Shown piece by piece: positions 49,128-57,799 of a stretch of 64,000 bases of DNA (positions are counted from its first letter, which is position 1; every line of letters starts with the position of its first letter). The stretch is taken from the NCBI GenBank assembly GCA_963555755.3, contig OY820905.2:4448001-4512000 (forward strand), read 5' to 3'. The notes beneath the pieces are model-generated. The model was not told where the DNA came from, searched no databases, and saw only the letters and a program-made list of their open reading frames with translations. This DNA is from Nitrospirales bacterium. Its GTDB lineage: Bacteria > Nitrospirota > Nitrospiria > Nitrospirales > UBA8639. The position numbers were made by a program, and so were the translations under genes.

Positions 49128-49155
49128 TCATGTTTTAACGGAAAATAACCGATAA
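49128..49155 (+). promoter_or_regulatory. Weak candidate sigma-28 promoter
   Basis: TCATG-N15-ACCGATAA, only 7 nt before the GH57 start. Confidence 0.4.
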
Positions 49156-49162
49156 GAATGAA

Positions 49163-51190
49163 GTGCAACTGTATGCAATTTTCCATCTGAACCTCCTGTA
49201 TTCATCCATTAAAGAAGAACAACGGTATGAAGTGCTGCACTGTTGCTATTGGCCATTACTCCGTTTGGCCCAAGACCTTAACCTTCCCATTGGCATTGAA
49301 GCCTCCGGGCTCACCCTTGAAATTGCTGAGGCTTTGGATCCTGCTTGGGTCCAGACATTGCGTCATCTAGTGACTGAGGGGTCTTGTGAATGGCTTGGTA
49401 GTGGTTACACGCAGCTGATTGGCCCTTTGGTGCCAGCTCAGGTCAATGCCAAGAATCTTCAATTAGGTCATGAAGTATATGAACGTCTTCTTGGTCTGCG
49501 CCCGAAGGTGGCGTTTGTCAATGAACAAGCGTATTCCGCAGGCCTCGTTCAGCACTACCTGAATGCCGGCTACCAAGCCATTGTGATGGAGTGGGAGAAT
49601 CCTGCCCATAATCATCCAGAGTGGGATCCAGCGTGGCAGTATCTTCCGCAACGAGCCTGTGGTTTGGATGGCGAGAGTATCCCGATAATTTGGAATACAT
49701 CCCTCTCCTTTCAAAAGTTCCAGCGTTATGTACATGGGGAAATGAACTTACCTCACTACATTGAATATGTGGCCCAACATCGTTCGGACCGTGTAAGAGC
49801 GTTTTCCGTGTATGGGAATGATGCGGAAGTTTTCGGTTTTCGCCCTGGGCGATATGAAACAGAAGCGCCTCTTCATCCGGAAAGAGAATGGACACGAATC
49901 CAGGAGGCCTTTCGTACTATTCATGCGGACCCACGATTTGAATTTGTGACACCTAGCCAAGTTCTTAACCTGGAAGCTCTTCCAGGAGCTGGTCATTATT
50001 TGACCTTGGAATCTGTTTCGAGTCCTGTCCCTGTAAAAAAACAAGCCAAGTATAACCTGCTTCGCTGGGCGGTGACGGGGCGGGATGATTCTCAAATTAA
50101 TGCAAGGTGTTGGCAAATCTATGAATGGTTTCAAGGAAAAGATTCTGTCACACCACAAGCCTGGCGAGAGTTGTGTTATCTCTGGAGCAGTGATTTCCGC
50201 ACACACATTTCTCCGAAGCGATGGCAGGCTTTTCAATCTCAATTGGAGACTGTTCAACAAGCCTTTGTGGATAAGGCTACTCAATCTCATAAGAAGAAAG
50301 AAGCCATTCCGACGAGAAGATCCTTATCCAAACAGTGGGTAATCCACCGGGATCGTACCATGGTGACGGTTGAAACAGATTGTGTAAAGCTTCGAGTAAA
50401 TTGTTTGAAAGGGTTGGCGATTGACGGGCTTTGGATAAAACAGGTATCAGATTTTCCATTAATTGGGACTCTGCCACATGGATTTTATCACGACATTTCC
50501 ATGGGAGCTGATTACTTTTCCGGACATCTCGTATTCGAATCTCCTGTGCAACCCAAGGTGACAGATTTATCACCTGTTGAGCCAATCGTTGAGTCAATGG
50601 ATGGAAATGCCGTTGTCAAGATTAGTGGCAGTATTGCCACTAAGTTCGGGATGATTCGAAAAGAATTGGTCATTGCCGGCGATGGTCAGGTCACGCTTCG
50701 ATATGATTTAGATTGGAGGGAAGTTCCCCCTGGGGCTCTTCGATTGGGCCATGTGACTCTTCATCCATCTGCCTATGATGTAGAAGATCTCATATTTGAA
50801 ACCCACAATGGTGGATATAGTCCAGAGACGTTTCCTCTAAAAGATTGTTCCGTGGATCATGGACGTCCGGTCTCATTTCTTGTATCAGCCAACAATGGTT
50901 TTGGGTACACCGAGGGAAGTTTAGTATTTCGGGATACACGAACTAGCATCCGTGTGCAAAGTCGCCAGTCCCAAGGGTATGTCATTCCTCTCTTATCTGT
51001 GCATCCCGTGTCACCTTCCTATTTTTGTCGCATCAGTTTTTCCGCCATGGAATTCGATGACACCACTCGTGATCCTATAGCCCGAACACGTCGGGAGGTG
51101 TACGAATTTATGCTTTCGGCAAAGCGGGAAACACCTTCTCGCGTTCTGCAGGATCAACAGGAAGGGATTGTATCGGCAGTATCATGTTGA
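49163..51190 (+). CDS. Glycoside hydrolase family 57-like protein
   Basis: FHLNL, CYWPLL, GSGYTQ.IGPLV, NEQAYS, DAEVF, WSSDF. Confidence 0.75.
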   Translation: MQLYAIFHLNLLYSSIKEEQRYEVLHCCYWPLLRLAQDLNLPIGIEASGLTLEIAEALDPAWVQTLRHLVTEGSCEWLGSGYTQLIGPLVPAQVNAKNLQLGHEVYERLLGLRPKVAFVNEQAYSAGLVQHYLNAGYQAIVMEWENPAHNHPEWDPAWQYLPQRACGLDGESIPIIWNTSLSFQKFQRYVHGEMNLPHYIEYVAQHRSDRVRAFSVYGNDAEVFGFRPGRYETEAPLHPEREWTRIQEAFRTIHADPRFEFVTPSQVLNLEALPGAGHYLTLESVSSPVPVKKQAKYNLLRWAVTGRDDSQINARCWQIYEWFQGKDSVTPQAWRELCYLWSSDFRTHISPKRWQAFQSQLETVQQAFVDKATQSHKKKEAIPTRRSLSKQWVIHRDRTMVTVETDCVKLRVNCLKGLAIDGLWIKQVSDFPLIGTLPHGFYHDISMGADYFSGHLVFESPVQPKVTDLSPVEPIVESMDGNAVVKISGSIATKFGMIRKELVIAGDGQVTLRYDLDWREVPPGALRLGHVTLHPSAYDVEDLIFETHNGGYSPETFPLKDCSVDHGRPVSFLVSANNGFGYTEGSLVFRDTRTSIRVQSRQSQGYVIPLLSVHPVSPSYFCRISFSAMEFDDTTRDPIARTRREVYEFMLSAKRETPSRVLQDQQEGIVSAVSC

Positions 51191-52227
51191 ATTCACCAAC
51201 ACAGGAGAACATGCTTTGTTCCGAAACAGGAAGAAGTCGTGCTGGAACTGAGCGCAAGCATATCACTATCGCCAAAGATCCGACTCGCCATTTAGCGTTC
51301 CCTGATGTGTGCCAGGCACGATCAGGTGAGATGTATGTCGTGTATCGGGACGGTCAGCAACATGTCGATCAGTCGGGTCGAGTCATGGTTGTTCAAGGAT
51401 CGGGCTCTGCCGAACAGTGGGAATTTGGTCAGCCTATGGTCGTGTGTGATACAGATTGGGATGATCGAGATCCATCCATTGTTGAACTGTCCAATGGATC
51501 GCTTCTTATTAATTTTTTTCGATTGAATATTGCGACCAAGGAATTGAAATTATCACTGACCCAGTCTTGGGATAAAGGAGAGACCTGGTCAGAGCCATGG
51601 GATGTGCACGTTCCAGGATTTACCAATACCTTGGCCGTGAGTGATGCGATTGTGGAATTGCCATCTGGAGAATGCCTGATGGCGGTCTATGGAGTATCGA
51701 ATTCAGGGGAGAGTGGATCGTTTGTGTTGAGATCCCAAGATACGGGGAAAACGTGGCCTGATGTCATACCGGTAGCCGTCGCAGACGCTCCCATTTATGA
51801 AGAGCCTGCGTTGGTGTATCGGGAGAATGGGCAACTTGTGACCTTGTTAAGAACAGATAATCGTGGGTTGGGGTATGTGTATCAGATGACTTCTTTTGAT
51901 GATGGCTACACTTGGAGTCAACCGGAACGTTTAGATCTTTGGGGATACCCTTCTGATTTGGTGGCATTGGCAAATGGTGAGTTGCTTGCCACGTATGGAT
52001 ATCGTCAGTTGCCAACCGGGATTCGATACTGTCTCGCCAAAGGACCAAACCGTTGGTCTATTCGTCAAGAAAGAATCCTTCGGTCAGATGGTCATGATGG
52101 AGGAGAGGTAGGCTATCCATCTTCTGTTGAGTTAGGAGGGGGCGAAGTTGTGACGGTCTATTATTTTACAGACCCATGTGGAGGCATGCCCTATATTGCA
52201 GGGACCGTCTTTCGATATGAATCTTAG
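51184..52227 (+). CDS. Sialidase-like BNR/Asp-box protein, no signal peptide apparent
   Basis: AFP; Asp-boxes SWDKGETW, SQDTGKTW, SFDDGYTW; GYPS. Confidence 0.85.
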   Translation: MLNSPTQENMLCSETGRSRAGTERKHITIAKDPTRHLAFPDVCQARSGEMYVVYRDGQQHVDQSGRVMVVQGSGSAEQWEFGQPMVVCDTDWDDRDPSIVELSNGSLLINFFRLNIATKELKLSLTQSWDKGETWSEPWDVHVPGFTNTLAVSDAIVELPSGECLMAVYGVSNSGESGSFVLRSQDTGKTWPDVIPVAVADAPIYEEPALVYRENGQLVTLLRTDNRGLGYVYQMTSFDDGYTWSQPERLDLWGYPSDLVALANGELLATYGYRQLPTGIRYCLAKGPNRWSIRQERILRSDGHDGGEVGYPSSVELGGGEVVTVYYFTDPCGGMPYIAGTVFRYES

Positions 52228-52383
52228 GGTTCGCGCAAGAATAACTTCCCATGTTTTGGCGTCGATCCATCCCGTCTGGCGGCGTTGCTCGTCCTTTCCA
52301 TACGAGGAGTATGCGCAGTCCTCGCGCCTTGCCAGACCGGCGTCTCAGCACCCAAACAGGGGAAGTTATTCTTGCGCGAACCC
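52227..52383. mobile_element. MITE family E, copy 3
   Basis: GGGTTCGCGCAAGAATAACTTCCC..GGGAAGTTATTCTTGCGCGAACCC; flanks TTA/ATA. Confidence 0.92.
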
Positions 52384-52398
52384 ATAGCAGGTACGTCT

Positions 52399-55071
52399 AT
52401 GACCATTTATCAGAAAAACCTTAAGGCCCTCAGTATTCACCATCCAGAATTGGTCGAACTCTTGAACGGTGAGATCTCCGTTGCCCATATACAAGTATTG
52501 CGAGCCAAAAGCGGAGCCCGTCGTCTTCTGGTTCGTGGAGAATCAGGGGCAGCTGTGGCTATACACAATGAAAGCGATCCTGAAGGGGTCGCACAGCGCA
52601 CGGCAAAAAAAATCTCCCATCGCCAAGGGGTGTTGGTATTGCTGGGAATGGGATTAGGGTACCTTGCCAAACTTCTCGGTCAGCGTGTCAACGAAGAGTT
52701 AGCCTTGCTGGTGTATGAAGCCGACCCCGGCATTTTTAAAACAGCCATGGAATACGTGGATTTAACGAAACTCTTAAATTCCTCCATGGTGAAAATTCTT
52801 GTTGGGAGTGAGGCCAACGTAGGGTCTTGGTGTTATAGCTATATGCTGAAAACTTTCGGGCATGTTCATGTGATTTCCTATGAACCAGCATTTCGGGCGG
52901 CTCCGACGGTGTACCATCAAAAACGAGATAAGGAATTATTGCCCTATACTCAAATCAATCTTATTAATCATGCTACGGCGAATCATTTAGGCCCGCTTTT
53001 CGTTCGAGGGATGTTGGAAGCTATTCCGCATGTGGTCAGGGTCCCTGGAGTGAATCGATTGCGCAATCTTTTCGCCGGCAAGCCAGCTATCCTCATTGCT
53101 GCCGGACCATCGTTAGGAAAAAATGTCCATTACTTGAAATCGGCAAAGGGGCGCGCTGTTCTTATTTCTGCGGATACGGTGTTAGGGTATCTCTTGGCCC
53201 GTGGGATCATTCCAGATTTTGTGGTGAGCGTGGATCCTCAAGATGAAACATATACGAAGTACCATGGTGTTGATATTCCTAGTGAGTTGGCTTTGGTTTT
53301 TCATCCGTCCTGTAACGCAGAGATTGTGAAACATTTTCCTGGGCCAAAATATGTGAGTGCCAGCAGTATGGGAATCTATCAATGGCTACAGAATTTCTGG
53401 CCAGAAAAGGGAAGCGTGGAACAAGATGTGCAATGTCAAGTGCATCTAGGATTTAATCTTGCACAATGGCTTGGCTGTGATCCTATCATTATCGTGGGAC
53501 ACGATCTCTGCTACACAGATGATTTGATGCATGTCAAAGGTGGAAGCTATCTCACAAGAGAAGAAGAAGACAAGCACGTGGCTGAAGGGGTGAACACCCG
53601 TAATATATTTGGACAGATTGTCGGAACCTATCCTGTTTTTTGGGGATACAAGGCCACGATGGAACGAAAAATCGAGGCTTTTCCAGGCCGAGTCGTGAAT
53701 GCGACGGAGGGTGGGGTCAACTTACAAGGAGCAGAAAATCTTCTTTTTCAAGATGCCTTTGCGGAATGTTGGGCTGGAGAAGTTATTGATGTCGGTCAAT
53801 CCCTTCGAAAAGTGAATCAGAGCTGTGTGGAAAGCCCGGACTGGGAAGGTCTTCTTCAGGAGCTGAGAGATCGGGCAAGAGATTATTTTAGGCTTGAGCG
53901 GGTGTCCAAACGGTTATGTTCGCTTATGGACAAAATAGAAAAACATGTGGAGGGAACCCAAGAGATTGATCACAATCTTAGCAAGCTGACGAATCAAGCC
54001 GAACGGCTCACGCAGCAAGTCCCTCGGTATGGTACAGCACTCGGGCTTCTTCAGTTGATTGATTTTCGGTTAGAGGAATATATGTGGAAGGAGAAGACCG
54101 ATGCCATCGATTCCATAGAAGACCCACTCGATCGACTGAGGAAACAGCTTAATCGAGGCCGACGTTTTTATGGCGATGTGATGAAGGCCATTGCCTTTTT
54201 TCGACCGGATTTGAAACGGTTAGAGGAACGACTAGAGTGTCAGTGGAAGCAAGAGTTGAGGAATGAGCCTGGTCTTGCGATCGCGTCTAGGTTGGATAGG
54301 ACAGAAGAACTTATCTCTATTGGACTGTTTGATGCGGCCTCGCAATTAATTTCTCCACTGTTGGAGTCTGAGAGACAAGCTTCGACAGAGCCTCGATTAG
54401 CCCTTTTGAGTCTTCGTGTTCCCCTTACACTGAATCAAATCAGTCTTGCCTGGAAACGATCTCAAGAATTTAGGACGTTACTTTCTGTCACTTCTGAGGG
54501 GAAGGACTTGATGGCCCAAGCCAAAACTTTATGGGTTACTTGGCAAAAAAAGCAGCAGGAAGTCAATATATTGGGCAGTCTTTCCTCATCCCCTACCATG
54601 GAATCCGGAAATTTTTATTTTCGAGCTGGAAACCATACACGAGCGGCTCAACACTACAAGAACTTTTCAGAATCTTCCAATATCGATGATGCGGTTCGTG
54701 GAGAAGCACTGTATAGGCTTTCAAAGGCGTACCAGGCTTTAGGAGATATGATGGCTTCAGTTGAGGCTTTGGAAGGTGCGATGCTAGCCAGTCCAGCCGA
54801 TCCACGAGTGTATTATGACCTTGGGGTGCTTTCTCTCCAAGAACAACGAGTGGAGGTGGCTGAGCAGTTTTTCGAGAAAGGCACAGAAGTCGCCCTTGAG
54901 GATCCTGCTTTTTGTGAGGCAGTTGGGGCCGTGTTCGCTGCGGCGGGAGCTCATGAACAGGCTATACAATTTTTTGAGAGAGCCTTGATGCAGTGTCCTC
55001 AAGATCCTGACCTGATAAAAAAAATTGCGCAATCCTGCCAGGCCTTTGGTGAACCGGTTCACCTGGTCTAA
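52399..55071 (+). CDS. maf: Maf-family (DUF115) flagellin glycosyltransferase with C-terminal TPRs
   Basis: IYQKNLKAL, GMGLGY, AAGPSLGKN, GIIPDFVVSVDP, LGCDPIIIVGHDL, NATEGG; TPR helices. Confidence 0.88.
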   Translation: MTIYQKNLKALSIHHPELVELLNGEISVAHIQVLRAKSGARRLLVRGESGAAVAIHNESDPEGVAQRTAKKISHRQGVLVLLGMGLGYLAKLLGQRVNEELALLVYEADPGIFKTAMEYVDLTKLLNSSMVKILVGSEANVGSWCYSYMLKTFGHVHVISYEPAFRAAPTVYHQKRDKELLPYTQINLINHATANHLGPLFVRGMLEAIPHVVRVPGVNRLRNLFAGKPAILIAAGPSLGKNVHYLKSAKGRAVLISADTVLGYLLARGIIPDFVVSVDPQDETYTKYHGVDIPSELALVFHPSCNAEIVKHFPGPKYVSASSMGIYQWLQNFWPEKGSVEQDVQCQVHLGFNLAQWLGCDPIIIVGHDLCYTDDLMHVKGGSYLTREEEDKHVAEGVNTRNIFGQIVGTYPVFWGYKATMERKIEAFPGRVVNATEGGVNLQGAENLLFQDAFAECWAGEVIDVGQSLRKVNQSCVESPDWEGLLQELRDRARDYFRLERVSKRLCSLMDKIEKHVEGTQEIDHNLSKLTNQAERLTQQVPRYGTALGLLQLIDFRLEEYMWKEKTDAIDSIEDPLDRLRKQLNRGRRFYGDVMKAIAFFRPDLKRLEERLECQWKQELRNEPGLAIASRLDRTEELISIGLFDAASQLISPLLESERQASTEPRLALLSLRVPLTLNQISLAWKRSQEFRTLLSVTSEGKDLMAQAKTLWVTWQKKQQEVNILGSLSSSPTMESGNFYFRAGNHTRAAQHYKNFSESSNIDDAVRGEALYRLSKAYQALGDMMASVEALEGAMLASPADPRVYYDLGVLSLQEQRVEVAEQFFEKGTEVALEDPAFCEAVGAVFAAAGAHEQAIQFFERALMQCPQDPDLIKKIAQSCQAFGEPVHLV

Positions 55072-55338
55072 AACCGCATGTCATCCATTCAAAAAAAACA
55101 CATAAAAACAATAGGTTACAGCATTGGTTTTTCCAAAAAGATTCCTCCAAGGATGTGCCAGATGGGCTGGCTTTCAGATTGTACTATGAGAGACCGATAG
55201 AGGTTCTAGCAAGGGAAAGCATTAAAGCAATAAAGATGCGAACGGGGCCTTCCGAAAAGGAAGCCAAGCATTTTTAAGGCGGAAAAGAATATTGACCAAG
55301 ATGATAATGATGCCACGAAAGGCAACATAACCCCTATC

Positions 55339-55354
55339 GATTCAAGGAGGAATC
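55339..55354 (+). promoter_or_regulatory. CsrA-type binding hairpin over the fliC ribosome-binding site
   Basis: GATTC-AAGGAG-GAATC: 5-bp stem with ANGGAN hexaloop. Confidence 0.7.
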
Positions 55355-55357
55355 AAC

Positions 55358-57178
55358 ATGCCACTTATTGTTAATACCAACATTGCCAGTCTCAATACCC
55401 AACGGCAATTGACTATTGCCAACAACGCCATTAACAAATCTCTTGAGCGGTTATCTTCAGGGTTGAGGATTAATCGTGCATCCGACGACGCTGCGGGTTT
55501 GGCCATTGCCACAAGATTGCAAGCGCAAGTTCGTGGTCTCCAACAAGCTTCTCGGAATGCCAACAATGCGATTTCGTTAGTGCAAACCGCAGAAGGTGCG
55601 CTCAATTCGGTCACCAACATTTTACAGCGGCTTCGTGAATTGGCCGTGCAAGCCGCTTCTGACGATAATACAGACCAAGATCGAGTGGCTCTCAATAATG
55701 AAGCCACACAGTTACGTGATGAGTTAACACGATTGGCGCAAACCGTGGAGTTCAACGGTACGACATTGTTGGATGGGAGTTTTAGTGGGAAAAAATTCCA
55801 AATTGGTGCCAATGCGGATCAAACCCTGACTTTTGAAATCGCTGACGTCCGAGCCACGGCTATTGGACAATTTGCGACGCTGGCCGCTAATGTCGGAGAC
55901 GGTATAGCTTCACCTACCAGCGATGGCGTAGGGAATCTTTCTTCAGGTGAATTCAGCATTAATGGAACTGATGTGTTGGCCACCTCAAATAGTGATGATC
56001 AGGTTTCGGTCCTTCAACTCGGTGGGCAAAACCTCGACTCGGCTGTAGTCAGTGGTGGTACGATATATAATTCGAATATTACCAGTGCATCACTCTTTGT
56101 GAATGGGACAACTATTGATCTAAGCGCCCTAGTTGGTTCAAGTATCGCTTCTCTGGTGGTAGACATTGCGTCACTGGTGAATTCGGCTTCTATTACAAAT
56201 GTGACGGCTCGGGTGATTGAAACCAGCAACCTGATTTTGGAGGCCACGGCTGGAAACAATTTAGTGCTTGGAGCCAGTAACACAGGTGCCACCGTATTCA
56301 GTCTGGCGGCTGACTTAGCCACTGCGTTGGGCATTGGGAGTGGGTTTGTAGGTTCTACTGGAACCACGAGTGCAATCACCACCTACAATGGACAGTCTTC
56401 TTCGTTGGCTAAAGCAGCGGCAATTAATGGAATTAAGTCAACAACCGGTGTGACTGCCACAGTCCAATCCAATTCCGTCACCTTCACACTGTCCGTCGCA
56501 TCCAGTTCAATTTCTTCCGGTGATTTTTTTATTAATGGCACGAACATTGGAGCCGTCGACGTTTCCACAAATGATTCCAACGGGGCCCTTGCTGCGGCCA
56601 TTAACGCGCAGTCGGGTACTACTGGTGTGAAGGCAACGGTATCTTCAGGAAAGTTAACGCTGACCGCAAGTGATGGACGGAATATTACCTTTGGCGCCAC
56701 AAGCGCAGCTCAGGCGGCATTGGGGAATAGCGGTGATGTGACGTTTACAGGAAAGGTCGGTATTGTCCGTGGCTCAATCACCCTGACCTCGACGAGTAAC
56801 TTTACGGTTGCTGGGACGACAGCCGATATCGGGGGAATTGCCACTACTACTTTTGTCGCTTCTGGGAATTTGAGCACCCTGGCCATTACGAGTCGGTTGC
56901 AAGCGAATACGGCCATCACCCAACTTGATTCGGCCTTAGATACTGTCAATGCGATTCGGGCGAGCATCGGTGCGGTGCAGAGCCGACTCAATACGGCCAT
57001 CTCATTCTTGGATAATGCCGCTGAGAATCAGGCGGCATCTGAATCTCGAATCCGGGATGCCGACTTCGCCCTTGAAACGGCCCAATTTACCCGGGCTCAG
57101 ATTTTGGTACAGGCGGCAACCGCGATTTTGGCTCAGGCGAATGCTCAGCCACAGATTGCTTTACAGTTGCTGCAGTAG
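55358..57178 (+). CDS. fliC: Flagellin
   Basis: NTNIASL..ERLSSGLRINRASDDAAGLAI; SRIRDADFA.E; Ser/Thr-rich variable region. Confidence 0.98.
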   Translation: MPLIVNTNIASLNTQRQLTIANNAINKSLERLSSGLRINRASDDAAGLAIATRLQAQVRGLQQASRNANNAISLVQTAEGALNSVTNILQRLRELAVQAASDDNTDQDRVALNNEATQLRDELTRLAQTVEFNGTTLLDGSFSGKKFQIGANADQTLTFEIADVRATAIGQFATLAANVGDGIASPTSDGVGNLSSGEFSINGTDVLATSNSDDQVSVLQLGGQNLDSAVVSGGTIYNSNITSASLFVNGTTIDLSALVGSSIASLVVDIASLVNSASITNVTARVIETSNLILEATAGNNLVLGASNTGATVFSLAADLATALGIGSGFVGSTGTTSAITTYNGQSSSLAKAAAINGIKSTTGVTATVQSNSVTFTLSVASSSISSGDFFINGTNIGAVDVSTNDSNGALAAAINAQSGTTGVKATVSSGKLTLTASDGRNITFGATSAAQAALGNSGDVTFTGKVGIVRGSITLTSTSNFTVAGTTADIGGIATTTFVASGNLSTLAITSRLQANTAITQLDSALDTVNAIRASIGAVQSRLNTAISFLDNAAENQAASESRIRDADFALETAQFTRAQILVQAATAILAQANAQPQIALQLLQ

Positions 57179-57334
57179 ATAGCATGGTAGGAGGAAAGGG
57201 TTTGCCATGATTGGTGAGACCTCTCCCAACCCTTTTCGTTGCTTTCATGCTTGGTTCTTTTGTTGATGATCAGGAAAGTTCAGAGGTCGTGGGAATCGAG
57301 CTGGCCCTTGGTGGGCCATTTCTGAGAGATGTTT

Positions 57335-57742
57335 ATGGAGGAATTCAGTGTCATAAGAGCATTCGGCCAATCGACACCTGGTCCTCCCAAGCCTCCTGCT
57401 GTTCCTTCACGACTTCCCAAACTTGGTGGAAGTGAAACCAAGGTTGCAGGTTTGCCGGGAGCGGGGGGAGAGAGTGTAGGCGCTACTTCTCAATCTCCCA
57501 AAAGTGTCAGTTCGGCTGAAGTGAAACCTGCCGTTGAGGATTTAAATCTTCAGTTGGAAATAGCCAATCGTATACTTCGGTTTTAGGTCGATGAGACTAT
57601 CAAGGAAATCAAGGTTCTGGTCATTGACGAAGAAACTGGAGAGGTCGTGAGGACCATACCCCCGGAAGCTTCCATAAGGTTTGCCGCCAATGGGCACCAC
57701 GTGGGCTCTTTACGGTACAGGGGTAATCCCATTCTTGATTGA
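57335..57742 (+). pseudogene. flaG: FlaG with in-frame amber stop
   Basis: LRF*VDE..VIDEETGEVVRTIPPE; TAG at 57584-57586 precedes the FlaG signature. Confidence 0.85.
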
Positions 57743-57799
57743 ATAGGGGACAGTCGGGTATTTGCGCAGTGCGCATGACTTCAGGAGGAAGAATGTAGC

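Noticed and set aside
55173..55258. Exact fliC sigma-28 promoter
   Set aside because: Two imperfect candidates (TTCAG-N15-ACCGATAG; TAAAG-N15-TCCGAAAA, the latter overlapping a hairpin); cannot choose
57186..57240. Rho-independent terminator after fliC
   Set aside because: The stem is imperfect and the U-tract short; plausible but not supportable
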